The notes below the pieces were generated by a model. That model was not told the origin of the DNA and did not search any database. It saw nothing but the letters and a program-made list of their open reading frames with translations. Of a DNA stretch of 64,000 nucleotides, positions 20,396-29,912 are shown piece by piece; position 1 is the stretch's first letter; every line of letters starts with the position of its first letter. Location of the stretch: contig JAENJD010000008.1 of assembly GCA_016844605.1 (NCBI GenBank), positions 6,602 to 70,601 of the forward strand, written 5' to 3'. Origin of the DNA: Steroidobacteraceae bacterium (GTDB taxonomy: Bacteria > Pseudomonadota > Gammaproteobacteria > Steroidobacterales > Steroidobacteraceae). The position numbers and the translations under genes were made by a program.

Positions 20396-21954
20396 TCAGG
20401 ATTCGCCGGGCCGGTAGCCGGAAGTGATCGGGTAACGCCAGTCGCGGCCGAAGGCGCGGCCACTCACGCGCACTCCCGGCGGCGCCTGGCGACGCTTGTA
20501 TTCATTGCGCTTGACCATGTCAAGCACGCGCACGACGGTTGCGCGTTCAAAGCCCTGCGCAACGATCTCGTCCACCGAGCGATTGTCCTCGACGAAGGCC
20601 GCCAGGATCGGGTCGAGCACGCTGTAAGGCGGCAACGTATCCGAGCATTGCGCCAGCGCACGAGCCGATATACCAGGGTCTTGCTGCAGTCCTTGATCGG
20701 CGCATAGCCGCCAGCCATGTCGCCGTAAAGCGTCGCGTATCCGACCGCCATCTCGCTCTTGTTGCCGGTGGTCAGGAGCATGCGCCCGGTCTTGTTCGAG
20801 ATGCCCATCAGTACGATGCCGCGGCAGCGCGCCTGGATGTTCTCCTCGGCAGAATCCGGCGCGCTGCCCCGGAACTCGCGCTCAAGCGCCGCGAGCGTCG
20901 CCTGGAACATCCCCTCGATCGGGATCACCGAATAGCGCACGCCGAACCCGCGCGCCATCGCAGCGGCGTCTTTCTCCGAAATGCTCGAGGTGTAGCGCGA
21001 CGGCAGCATGACGGCGTGCACCCGGTCAGCGCCCAGCGCATCGCAGGCGATCGCGAGCACGAGCGCGGAGTCCACGCCGCCCGACAGTCCCAGCACGACG
21101 CCGCTGAAATGATGCTTGTCCACATAGTCGCGCACGCCCGTGACGATCGCCTGGTACACGCTTTCCTCAGCGCCCATCAGTTCTGCCAGGCTCTCGGGTT
21201 CGAGATGCGCGTCGCGCCCCGCCTGGCTCGCATCCACGCAACTGAGCGATTCCGCGAATGCGGGGGCCCGATGCACGAGGCGGCCGGTCGCGTCGACCGC
21301 AAAGGAATTTCCGTCGAATACCAGCTCGTCCTGCCCACCCACCAGGTTGACGTAGATGAAGGGCATGCCGGTCTCGCGCGCGCGCTTTGCGATAACCTCC
21401 TCGCGCTCCGACTGCTTGCCGAGCTGGAATGGCGAGGCATTCAGCGAAATGCAGAGGGCAGCGCCCGCGGCGCGCAGCGCCGCGGCAGGCGCCACGTGCC
21501 AGATGTCCTCGCAGATCAGGAGCCCCACCTTGATGCCGGCGATCTCGACCACGACAGCTGTGGTGCCCGCGGTGAAATAACGCTTCTCGTCGAAGACCCG
21601 GTAATTCGGCAGCGACTGCTTGCGATAGCGCGCGATGACGGCGCCGCCGCGGAGCCAGGCTGCCGTGTTGTAGATGGTGCCGGAGGAATATTCGGGGTAA
21701 CCGACCAGCAGGTCGATGCCGTCCGCTGCCGCGGCAAGCCGCTCGAGCGCAGCGTCGACGCGGCGGCGGAATCCACGATGGAACAGCAGGTCTTCCGGCG
21801 GATAGCCGGACAGCACGAGTTCCGGCAGCACCAGGAGCCCCGCTCCCAGCGCGCGCGCGGGAGCTATCTGCGCGATCACGCGATCGGCGTTGCCGGGCGC
21901 GTCACCGACGGTCGGGTTGATCTGCGCAAGCGCAATTCGAAGCGTGCCCGTCAT
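20396..21954 (-). pseudogene. nadE: glutamine-dependent NAD+ synthetase, disrupted by an internal out-of-frame deletion
   Basis: ORF 20464-21954 encodes the nitrilase domain plus synthetase domain (GLSGGVDSALV) up to ...KTLVYRLVRWRNA and then drifts out of frame. ORF 20396-20635, in another frame, resumes at (SDT)LPPYSVLDPILAAFVE...RRQAPPGVRVS...RYPITSGY. The junction is at about 20644/20645. Confidence 0.8.
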
Positions 21955-21967
21955 ACAGGCGATACCG

Positions 21968-22867
21968 TCAGCGCTTCTTCTTGCCGCGGCGGCGTCTGGC
22001 CATGAGCGCCGACTTCATCGCGCTGCCGAGCTCGGCGGGCGAATGCACGGTGCGCACCCCGGCTGCCTCGAGCGCGGCGAACTTGTCGGCGGCCGTTCCT
22101 TTGCCGCCCGCGATGACCGCGCCCGCATGGCCCATGCGCTTGCCGGGGGGCGCGGTGACGCCCGCGATGTAGGCAACCACCGGCTTCGTGACATGGCGAC
22201 GGATGTATTCGGCAGCCGCCTCCTCGTCGCCGCCGCCGATCTCGCCGACCATCACGATGCCCTCGGTGCGCTCATCCTTCTCAAAGAGCGCGAGGACATC
22301 CACGAAATTCATGCCGCGCACCGGGTCACCGCCGATGCCGACGCAGCTGCTCTGCCCCAGCCCGAGATTCGTGGTCTGGAACACGGCCTCGTAGGTCAGC
22401 GTGCCGGAGCGCGAAACGATGCCGACGCGCCCCGGCTTGTGAATGAAACCCGGCATGATCCCGACCTTGCATTCGCCCGGCGTGATCACACCCGGGCAAT
22501 TCGGCCCGACTAGCCGGCAGCGGTAACCGGCAAGCGCAGCCTTCACCTTGACCATGTCGTTGACCGGTATTCCTTCGGTGATGCAGACGATCAGGCGGAT
22601 GCCCGCGTCGGCGGCCTCGAGGATCGCATCGGCAGCGAATGGGGCCGGCACGTAGATCACGCTGACGTCGGCGCCGGTCGCTGTAACCGCGTCCCGCACC
22701 GTGTTGAATACCGGGCGATCGAGATGGCTCGCGCCGCCACGACCCGGCGTGACCCCGCCGACCAGGTTCGTGCCATAGGCGATCGCCTGCTCGGAATGGA
22801 ATGTTCCCTGCCTGCCCGTGAATCCCTGACAAAGCACCCGGCTCTTGCGGTCGACCAGGATGCTCAT
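21968..22867 (-). CDS. sucD: succinate--CoA ligase alpha subunit
   Basis: The 299-aa ORF shows [33 protein letters not shown] and MGHAGAVI (phosphohistidine loop). It ends with an unusual basic tail, [10 protein letters not shown]. Confidence 0.97.
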   Translation of the reverse strand: MSILVDRKSRVLCQGFTGRQGTFHSEQAIAYGTNLVGGVTPGRGGASHLDRPVFNTVRDAVTATGADVSVIYVPAPFAADAILEAADAGIRLIVCITEGIPVNDMVKVKAALAGYRCRLVGPNCPGVITPGECKVGIMPGFIHKPGRVGIVSRSGTLTYEAVFQTTNLGLGQSSCVGIGGDPVRGMNFVDVLALFEKDERTEGIVMVGEIGGGDEEAAAEYIRRHVTKPVVAYIAGVTAPPGKRMGHAGAVIAGGKGTAADKFAALEAAGVRTVHSPAELGSAMKSALMARRRRGKKKR

Positions 22868-24039
22868 CGGCGCGCCCCGCGACCGGCGAGGCGCACGGCC
22901 TTAGTCGCTGCATCGGCAAGGTCTTTCGCCGGCGTGATCGCGAGCCCGCTCGCCTTCAGAATCTTGCGCGCGCGGTCGGCATTCGTTCCTTCGAGGCGGG
23001 CGATCACCGGCACGGTGACACCAGCCTGCTTGACCGCCTGGATGATGCCTTCGGCAATCACGTCGCAACGCACGATGCCGCCGAAGATGTTGACGAGCAC
23101 CGCGCGCGCGCGCTTGTTCGACAGGATCAGGCGGAATGCCTCCGTCACGCGCTCGGCGTTCGCGGTGCCACCGACGTCCAGGAAATTAGCGGGTGCGCCG
23201 CCGTGCAGCTTGATCAGGTCCATGGTCGCCATCGCGAGGCCGGCGCCATTCACCATGCAGGCGATATCGCCTTCCAGCGAGACGTAGTTGAGGTCGTGCA
23301 CGGATGCAGCGCGCTCCATCGGGTCTTCCTGGGAGGGATCGCGCAGTTGCACGAGTGCGGGCTGCCGGAATAGCGCATTCGCTTCGACATTGATCTTGGC
23401 ATCGAGTGCAACCAGCCCGCCGTCCTTTGTCACAATCAGCGGGTTGATCTCGACCAGACCCAGGTCGCATTCGAGATAGAGGTCGTAGAGAGAGCGCGCG
23501 ATGCCTTCGAATTGCGCGACCTGATTTCCCGCCAGGCCCAGACCGAACGCAATGTGGCGACACTGATAGCTCTGCAATCCCGCCGCAGGATCGATATCCA
23601 CGCGCAGGATCTTTTCCGGCTGGTGCGCGGCGACTTCCTCGATGTCCATGCCGCCCGCAGCGGATGCGACGAATGCGATGCGGCCGCGGTCGCGATTCAG
23701 CAGCAGGCTGAGATATAGCTCGCGCTCGATAGCGCTTCCGGACTCGATATAGACCTGGTTTACCGGCAGGCCAAGCGCGCCAGTCTGCTTGGTGACGAGG
23801 CGCTGACCCAGCATCGCCTCAGCGGCCCGGCCGACTTCCTCCGCGGAGCGGCAGAGCCTGACGCCGCCGGCCTTGCCGCGCCCGCCGGCGTGGACCTGTG
23901 CCTTGACCACCCAGATCGGACCCGCGAGTTCATGGGCTGCTGTGACGGCTTCCGTCACATTTGTGGCGACCATGCCCGGGGGTACGGGGATTGCATGGTC
24001 CAGAAACAGACGCTTCGCCTGGTACTCGTGCAGGTTCAT
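22864..24039 (-). CDS. sucC: succinate--CoA ligase beta subunit
   Basis: The homologous sequence starts at [12 protein letters not shown]...[17 protein letters not shown] (ATG comp. 24037-24039). The track ORF extends artificially to 24390. Confidence 0.97.
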   Translation of the reverse strand: MNLHEYQAKRLFLDHAIPVPPGMVATNVTEAVTAAHELAGPIWVVKAQVHAGGRGKAGGVRLCRSAEEVGRAAEAMLGQRLVTKQTGALGLPVNQVYIESGSAIERELYLSLLLNRDRGRIAFVASAAGGMDIEEVAAHQPEKILRVDIDPAAGLQSYQCRHIAFGLGLAGNQVAQFEGIARSLYDLYLECDLGLVEINPLIVTKDGGLVALDAKINVEANALFRQPALVQLRDPSQEDPMERAASVHDLNYVSLEGDIACMVNGAGLAMATMDLIKLHGGAPANFLDVGGTANAERVTEAFRLILSNKRARAVLVNIFGGIVRCDVIAEGIIQAVKQAGVTVPVIARLEGTNADRARKILKASGLAITPAKDLADAATKAVRLAGRGARR

Positions 24040-24126
24040 GCGCGCATTGTAACGGGAGCCTTGAACCGCGTCGCAATCGCGCTCGACCGCGGGAATCCCC
24101 GCTGTATCGCATGCTAGAGTGCCGCC

Positions 24127-25752
24127 GTGAATCGTCCGGCGGATATCGAACGCACGAGCGGCGATCCAGAGCTCGCCTGGCGCGTGCTGGGATTGCTGAA
24201 TCTCTACCGGCTCTCGGTCCCGTCGGCGCTGTTGGCGCTGCTCGCGCTGGCTTCGCGGCCGCATTCCCAGGGCCCCGAGTTTTCCTCCGTCTACTTCTAT
24301 ACGCTCGCCGCGTGGTTCGCGACCGGCGTGATCTGCATCGGGCTCCTGAAAACGCGCTGGCCGAGCCTGCAGGCCCAGGCCTTCATCCACATCGCATTCG
24401 ATGTCGTCGCCGTGACGATTCTGCTGTTCACGAGTTCGGGCGCCGCGAGCGGCGTCGGTTTGCTGCTGATCATGCCGGTCGCGGCCGTCAGCATCCTGCT
24501 GCCGAACCGGACGGCGACGATGGTCGCGGCTGCCGCCGCGCTCTTTGTCCTCGGCCAGCAGCTCGCCTTGTCGATTGCCGGCATCACCGACCCATCGGAG
24601 CTGACCCAGGCCGGCATGCTGGGCGCAGTGATATTCATCGCGGCACTCGCGGCCGCCCCGCTCGCCCGGCGGTTGCGCGAGAGCGAAGCACTGGTCCGGC
24701 AGCGTGACATTGACCTCGCCAACCTCGCGGAACTCTCGCAGTACATCGTCGAGCGTCTGCGCGAGAGTCTGGTGGTCGTTGACGAGCAGGATCGCATCCG
24801 GTTGATCAACGAATCGGCGCGCCAGATCCTGGGCAGCGAGGCGAGTGCGAATGCACTCCTCGGTGAGGCATCGCCTCGACTCCTCTTCCTGCTGACGATG
24901 TGGCGTCAGGGTTCACCGGACGTCGATACAACAAGCGGTAATCTGCTGGCCGTGGACGGACTCAGGGAAGTGCGGCCGCATTTCGCGCCGCTGGGCCAGG
25001 GACGTCCACCGCCGGTGCTGGTGTTCCTCGAGGACCTGACGGCGCTCGACGACCGCATCCAGCAGTCACGGCTCGCGGCGCTCGGACGGCTCTCCGCGAG
25101 CATCGCGCACGAGATCAGGAACCCGGTCGGGGCGATCAGCCATGCGGGACAGCTGCTGGCCGAGGATCCGAAACTTTCCGAGTCGGGCAGGCGCATGACC
25201 GAGATCATCAAGGCCAATGCCGAGCGCGTGAGCACGATCATCGGCAATGTGCAACAGCTTGCGCGCCGCGAAACCACGCGCCCCGAACGCATGCCGCTCG
25301 GCGAGTGGCTGGCCGACTTCGCCCAGGAATTCGTCGTCACGGGCGGCCACAAAGCCGATCAGCTGCTGTTTGAAATGCCGGAACCGGACCTCGAGGTCCG
25401 CGTCGACCCGTCGCACCTGCGGCAGATACTCTGGAATCTGTGCGAGAACGCCTTCCGCTACGCCGTGCAGGGCGAGAGTGGCCGCGTCGAATTGCGTGTC
25501 GGCCGGCTCGCGGGCAGTCACCGTCCATTCCTCGAAGTCCTGGATCGCGGTCCAGGCATCGAGGCCTCGCTGACCGACCGGATATTCGAGCCTTTCTTCA
25601 CGTCGCGGGCGAGCGGGACGGGTCTTGGCCTGTTCATCGCGCGCGAACTCGCGCAATGCAACGGTGCGCTGCTGGTATTCGAGCCGCGTCCGGGCGGCGG
25701 CAGCATCTTCCGCATCGTTTTCGCGGACCCGCAACGCTGGGAACAGTCCTGA
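24127..25752 (+). CDS. pilS: type IV pilus sensor histidine kinase PilS
   Basis: The 541-aa ORF has a GTG start, a 6-TM-like N-terminus, H-box SASIAHEIRNPVGAISHA and the ATPase motif GTGLGLFIARELA. It lies directly upstream of pilR. Confidence 0.9.
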   Translation: MNRPADIERTSGDPELAWRVLGLLNLYRLSVPSALLALLALASRPHSQGPEFSSVYFYTLAAWFATGVICIGLLKTRWPSLQAQAFIHIAFDVVAVTILLFTSSGAASGVGLLLIMPVAAVSILLPNRTATMVAAAAALFVLGQQLALSIAGITDPSELTQAGMLGAVIFIAALAAAPLARRLRESEALVRQRDIDLANLAELSQYIVERLRESLVVVDEQDRIRLINESARQILGSEASANALLGEASPRLLFLLTMWRQGSPDVDTTSGNLLAVDGLREVRPHFAPLGQGRPPPVLVFLEDLTALDDRIQQSRLAALGRLSASIAHEIRNPVGAISHAGQLLAEDPKLSESGRRMTEIIKANAERVSTIIGNVQQLARRETTRPERMPLGEWLADFAQEFVVTGGHKADQLLFEMPEPDLEVRVDPSHLRQILWNLCENAFRYAVQGESGRVELRVGRLAGSHRPFLEVLDRGPGIEASLTDRIFEPFFTSRASGTGLGLFIARELAQCNGALLVFEPRPGGGSIFRIVFADPQRWEQS

Positions 25753-25755
25753 CCC

Positions 25756-27090
25756 ATGGCGAATCCCAGGGCGCTGATCGTCGACGATGAGCCGGATCTG
25801 TGCGAACTCCTGTCGCTGACGCTCGCGCGCATGAATGTCGAGTCGAATGCCGTGCACAACCTGGCCGCCGCGCGGCGCGAGCTGCAGGGACGCCAGGACT
25901 ACGCGCTGTGCCTGACCGACCTGCGCCTGCCGGACGGCGATGGCATCGAGTTGCTGGAATGGATCCAGGCGAATGCGCCGGAACTGCCGGTCGCCGTGAT
26001 CACCGCCCATGGCCACGTCGAGGCGGTCGTGCGCGCGCTGAAACTCGGCGCCTTCGACTTTGTCAGCAAGCCGCTCGACATTTCGGACCTTCGGAAGCTG
26101 GTCAACCAGGCGCTGAAGCTTTCCGACGGCCGGCGTGCAACCGATGGCGGCCGGCGCCTGCTCGGCGATTCCGAGCCGATGCAGAAGTTGCGGGCCATGA
26201 TCGGCCGCGTTGCACGCAGCCAGGCGCCCGTGCACATCACCGGCGAATCCGGAACCGGCAAGGAGCTGGTCGCGCGGCTCATTCATGAAAGCGGCCCTCG
26301 CAAGGACGCGCCATTCGTGCCAGTCAGCTGTGGCGCGATTCCCTCCGAACTGATGGAAAGCGAGTTGTTCGGCCACCGGCGCGGCAGTTTCACGGGCGCC
26401 GTCGCTGACAAGCTGGGCCTGGTGCAGGCCGCTGAGGGCGGCACACTGTTTCTTGACGAGGTGGCCGACCTGCCATTCGCGATGCAGGTGAAGTTGCTGC
26501 GCCTGATCCAGGAAAAGACCGCGCGTCCGCTCGGCGATCAGCGCGAGCAACCGGTGGATGTGCGGATTCTGTCCGCCACCCACCGGGATCTTGGCGAGCT
26601 GGTCGCCGCGGGCCGCTTCCGCGAGGATCTTTATTACCGCATCAATGTGATCGAGCTGCGGGTGCCTAGCTTGCGCGAGCGGATGTCCGACGTACCGGAA
26701 CTCGTCAATGTGATCACCGAGCGATTTGCCGCGCGCATGGGCATCACGCCGCCGGTACTGTCCGGCGAAGCCGTGGAAATGCTGCTCGCACACGACTACC
26801 CGGGCAATGTGCGTGAACTCGAGAATGTGATCGAGCGTGCCCTTACGCTCTGCGAAGTCGGTGCAATCCGGGCGAGCGACATTGAGCTCAGGGAATCGCC
26901 GGGCCAGGGTGAAGTAGCGGGTCAGAGCGCGCTTCCGAACACTCTGCCGGGCCGGCTCGAGGACATCGAGCGCACATCCATCGTCCGCGCGCTCGAAGAA
27001 GCCCGCTACAACAAGACCGCCGCCGCGCGTGCGCTCGGCATCAGCTTCCGGGCGCTGCGCTACCGGATCAAGAAGCTCGGCATCGAGTGA
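25756..27090 (+). CDS. pilR: sigma-54-dependent response regulator PilR
   Basis: The 444-aa ORF has a receiver domain (LTDLRLPDGDG), AAA+ GESGTGKELVARLIH, a GAFTGA-like GSFTGA and a C-terminal HTH (NKTAAARALGISFRALRYRIKK). Confidence 0.95.
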   Translation: MANPRALIVDDEPDLCELLSLTLARMNVESNAVHNLAAARRELQGRQDYALCLTDLRLPDGDGIELLEWIQANAPELPVAVITAHGHVEAVVRALKLGAFDFVSKPLDISDLRKLVNQALKLSDGRRATDGGRRLLGDSEPMQKLRAMIGRVARSQAPVHITGESGTGKELVARLIHESGPRKDAPFVPVSCGAIPSELMESELFGHRRGSFTGAVADKLGLVQAAEGGTLFLDEVADLPFAMQVKLLRLIQEKTARPLGDQREQPVDVRILSATHRDLGELVAAGRFREDLYYRINVIELRVPSLRERMSDVPELVNVITERFAARMGITPPVLSGEAVEMLLAHDYPGNVRELENVIERALTLCEVGAIRASDIELRESPGQGEVAGQSALPNTLPGRLEDIERTSIVRALEEARYNKTAAARALGISFRALRYRIKKLGIE

Positions 27091-27112
27091 ACGGACCCGG
27101 ATTGACCCGGCA

Positions 27113-27127
27113 TGTCAGTTACTGACA
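27113..27127. promoter_or_regulatory. candidate PilR enhancer site (palindrome TGTCAGTTACTGACA)
   Basis: This is a perfect 6-3-6 palindrome containing TGTC half-sites, with a third half-site-like ACGTCAG at ~27132-27138. It lies about 100 nt upstream of the pilA sigma-54 promoter. Confidence 0.35.
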
Positions 27128-27224
27128 TTTCACGTCAGCCCCGGCGTCTTAAATCCCCGACAGACGGCCCGTTCTTGGTCAGAAACTCTAGTTATTTCAA
27201 TTAGTTAGTTAATAAAATTCAGCT

Positions 27225-27240
27225 TGGCACGATCCTTGCT
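27225..27240 (+). promoter_or_regulatory. sigma-54 (-24/-12) promoter of pilA
   Basis: TGGCACgatccTTGCT matches the TGGCAC-N5-TTGCW consensus and lies about 60 nt upstream of the pilA ATG. An AT-rich stretch with an IHF-like TTTCAATTAGTTA (~27194-27207) lies between it and the palindrome. Confidence 0.7.
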
Positions 27241-27300
27241 TTATTCCCAGTGCATCGGCGCATTTGCGCCGCCCTCGGTTCACATTAGGAGACGACTGAA

Positions 27301-27831
27301 ATGAAGACTATCCAGAAGGGCTTCACGCTCATCGAATTGATGATCGTGGTGGCCATTATCGGCATCCTGGCCGCGATCGCGATCCCGGCTTATCAGGACT
27401 ACACCATCCGCTCACAGGTCACGGAAGGCTTGACGTTGGCCGGCGCCATGAAGGCCGCCATCGCCGAGCGCGTCGCGAATACCGGCGTATGGCCCACCAC
27501 GCTCGTGGAGCTAGGCATGGACGATGGGGCCGGCAACCCAGTCCCGCCGACTGGCAAGTACGTTTCGTCTGTGGATTTCGTCGGCGCCGGCACGATCCTC
27601 ATCACGTACTCGGGCACGACGCCGTTCGTGGCCAACGCCAAGATCGACGGTATGACCCTCGCAATACAGCCGTACCTCAGCCTCAATGACGACCTGGTCT
27701 GGCGTTGCGGTGCAGCGGCCGCGGACCCAGGCGGGGCGGTCGATGTGGATTCTGCCGGCACTTCGTCGGATCCCTCCGACACCAATACGACGGTGCTGGC
27801 GAAGTACGTGCCTTCTGTTTGCCGTGCCTAA
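27301..27831 (+). CDS. pilA: type IVa major pilin PilA
   Basis: [34 protein letters not shown] gives a class III signal with G-1 and E+5. The ORF has an AGGAGA RBS and two C-terminal Cys. Confidence 0.95.
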   Translation: MKTIQKGFTLIELMIVVAIIGILAAIAIPAYQDYTIRSQVTEGLTLAGAMKAAIAERVANTGVWPTTLVELGMDDGAGNPVPPTGKYVSSVDFVGAGTILITYSGTTPFVANAKIDGMTLAIQPYLSLNDDLVWRCGAAAADPGGAVDVDSAGTSSDPSDTNTTVLAKYVPSVCRA

Positions 27832-27859
27832 GCGGTAGACCTTGTTGATTCGCTGAAGA

Positions 27860-27898
27860 GGCCCCCGCGTCCAGCCGGACGCGGGGGCCTCGCTTTTT
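27860..27898 (+). terminator. Rho-independent terminator after pilA
   Basis: GGCCCCCGCGTCC-agcc-GGACGCGGGGGCC forms a 13-bp GC stem and is followed by TCGCTTTTTCC. Confidence 0.8.
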
Positions 27899-27983
27899 CC
27901 ATTCGGGCCGGCCATCCGGTGACCGGGTAACTTCTCGAATGTGACCCCCGTCACCCGCCGAATTCCCCGGTTATGGGAGCATC

Positions 27984-28007
27984 GGCGGCAATTTAACAAT
28001 TGCCGCC
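27984..28007. promoter_or_regulatory. perfect 10-4-10 palindrome upstream of pilB (operator or 5'-UTR hairpin candidate)
   Basis: GGCGGCAATT-taac-AATTGCCGCC lies 25 nt upstream of ATG 28032. Confidence 0.3.
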
Positions 28008-28031
28008 AACCCCCTGTCGGGGTCATTATTC

Positions 28032-29810
28032 ATGGCTCGGGACAGCCATAGTCAGGGATGGTCTGATCGGATGAATGACAACGCGACCGCGATGGCAGGT
28101 TCAGTCCGGGCGGTGCTCAGCGGCCTTCCGCAGCGCCTCGTCCTGGACGGCCTGATCGATGAGGCCGCGATGCTCGACGCCATCGCGAGCGCCCGCGAGC
28201 GCAAGACCCACCTGGTCAGCTGGCTCGTGTCCCACGATCTCGCGGCAGCACGCGACATCGCGATCGCCGCCGCGCAGGAATTCGGCGTGCCGCTCCTCGA
28301 TCTCGACGCGGTCAACATCGATCTCGACATCGTACGGCTGGTCAACGACAAGCTGATGGCCAAGCACCGCATCCTGCCGCTCGTCAAGCGCGGCAAGCGC
28401 CTGCACGTCGCGGTCTCCGATCCCACCAACCTGCACGCGGTCGACGAGATCAAGTTCCAGACCGGGCTTGCGATCGAAGCCGTCATTGTCGAAGACGACA
28501 AGCTGCAGCGCGCGGTGCAAAAAGCGATCGAGCAGGTCGACACCTCGATGCCTTCGCTCGGCGAGGACGACTTCGATCTCGAGAATCTCGATGTCTCGGG
28601 AGCCGACGACACGGATGCCGAGACCGGCCGCGACGACATCGAAGACGCGCCGATCGTCCGCTTCGTCAACAAGATCATGCTGGATGCGATCCGCAAGAAT
28701 GCATCCGACATCCATTTCGAGCCGTACGAGAAGTACTACCGCATCCGGCTGCGCGTGGACGGCGTGCTGCGCGAGGTTGCACAGCCCCCAGTGCAGCTCG
28801 CGACCAAGCTTGCGGCCCGCCTGAAAGTGATGTCGCGCCTCGACATCGCGGAGCGACGTGTACCGCAGGACGGCCGCATCAAGATGCGGCTTTCCAAGAA
28901 CCGCTCGATCGACTTCCGCGTCAGCAGCTGTCCGACGCTGTTCGGCGAAAAAATCGTGCTGCGCATCCTGGACGCCAGCACCGCAATGATGGGCATCGAC
29001 GCGCTGGGCTACGAACCCTTCCAGAAGGAGCTCTACCTCAAGACGCTCAGTCGCCCACAGGGCATGATCCTGGTGACCGGCCCGACCGGCAGCGGCAAGA
29101 CGGTTTCGCTTTACACCGGTCTCGCGATCCTGAATGTCGAGGACACCAATATCTCGACCGCCGAGGACCCCGCGGAAATCGTGCTGCCCGGCGTCAACCA
29201 GGTGAACGTCAATCCAAAGGTGGGCCTGACCTTCGCCTCGGCGCTGCGCGCCTTCCTGCGCCAGGACCCCGACGTCATCATGGTCGGCGAGGTCCGCGAC
29301 CTCGAGACCGCCGAGATCGCGATCAAGGCGGCGCAGACAGGCCACCTTGTGCTCTCCACGCTGCACACGAATGATGCGCCGCAGACCCTGACCCGCATGG
29401 TGGACATGGGGGTCAAGCCCTATGCGATCGCGACCTCGGTCAGCCTGATCATTGCGCAACGCCTGGCGCGGCGGCTGTGCCCGAATTGCAAGGCGCCGCT
29501 GACCCTCCCGGCCGAGGCCCTGCTGAAGGAAGGCTTCAGCGAGGACCTGGTCAGGCGCGGGGACTTCAAGGTCCACAAGGCGGTCGGCTGCAGCCAGTGC
29601 ACGGACGGCTACAAGGGCCGGGTCGGCATTTACGAGGTGCTGCCGGTCACCGAGGCCATCGGCCGGATTATCCTGGAGGGCGGCAGCGCCCCCCATATCC
29701 GCGACCAGGCCCGCAAGGACGGGGTCTGGGACCTGCGTACTGCGGGTCTCAAAAAGGTCATGGACGGGCTGACCAGCCTCGAAGAAGTCAACCGCGTCAC
29801 AGTTGAATGA
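28032..29810 (+). CDS. pilB: type IV pilus assembly ATPase PilB
   Basis: The 592-aa ORF has Walker A GPTGSGKTVSLY, MVGEVRDLETAEIAIKAAQTGH and a tetracysteine motif CPNC...CSQC. An alternative start is ATG 28071 (MNDNATAM). Confidence 0.97.
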   Translation: MARDSHSQGWSDRMNDNATAMAGSVRAVLSGLPQRLVLDGLIDEAAMLDAIASARERKTHLVSWLVSHDLAAARDIAIAAAQEFGVPLLDLDAVNIDLDIVRLVNDKLMAKHRILPLVKRGKRLHVAVSDPTNLHAVDEIKFQTGLAIEAVIVEDDKLQRAVQKAIEQVDTSMPSLGEDDFDLENLDVSGADDTDAETGRDDIEDAPIVRFVNKIMLDAIRKNASDIHFEPYEKYYRIRLRVDGVLREVAQPPVQLATKLAARLKVMSRLDIAERRVPQDGRIKMRLSKNRSIDFRVSSCPTLFGEKIVLRILDASTAMMGIDALGYEPFQKELYLKTLSRPQGMILVTGPTGSGKTVSLYTGLAILNVEDTNISTAEDPAEIVLPGVNQVNVNPKVGLTFASALRAFLRQDPDVIMVGEVRDLETAEIAIKAAQTGHLVLSTLHTNDAPQTLTRMVDMGVKPYAIATSVSLIIAQRLARRLCPNCKAPLTLPAEALLKEGFSEDLVRRGDFKVHKAVGCSQCTDGYKGRVGIYEVLPVTEAIGRIILEGGSAPHIRDQARKDGVWDLRTAGLKKVMDGLTSLEEVNRVTVE

Positions 29811-29912
29811 ACGGACGGGGCGTTACCATCCAAGGCTCAGGGTACCGCAGTCAAAGACACCCCCTATTCCTGGGAGGGTAAGGACCGCAAGGGCAACAAG
29901 GTCCGGGGCCGC

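Noticed and set aside
20092-20417. Short ORFs (67-72 aa) inside the bamD-nadE spacer.
   Set aside because: They are made entirely of the inverted-repeat sequence, have no RBS, and the repeat symmetry explains the open frames. They are treated as a non-coding structured element instead.
21968-22000. Polybasic C-terminal tail ([10 protein letters not shown]) on SucD as a possible functional extension or fused micro-ORF.
   Set aside because: It is only ~10 residues and I can see no supporting signal. It may simply be clade-specific, so I did not raise it as a finding.
25066-26793. 575-aa minus-strand ORF.
   Set aside because: It is antisense to pilS and pilR, both of which carry complete kinase/receiver/AAA+ motifs on the plus strand.
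28101-29696. 531-aa minus-strand ORF.
   Set aside because: It is antisense to pilB and has no motifs.
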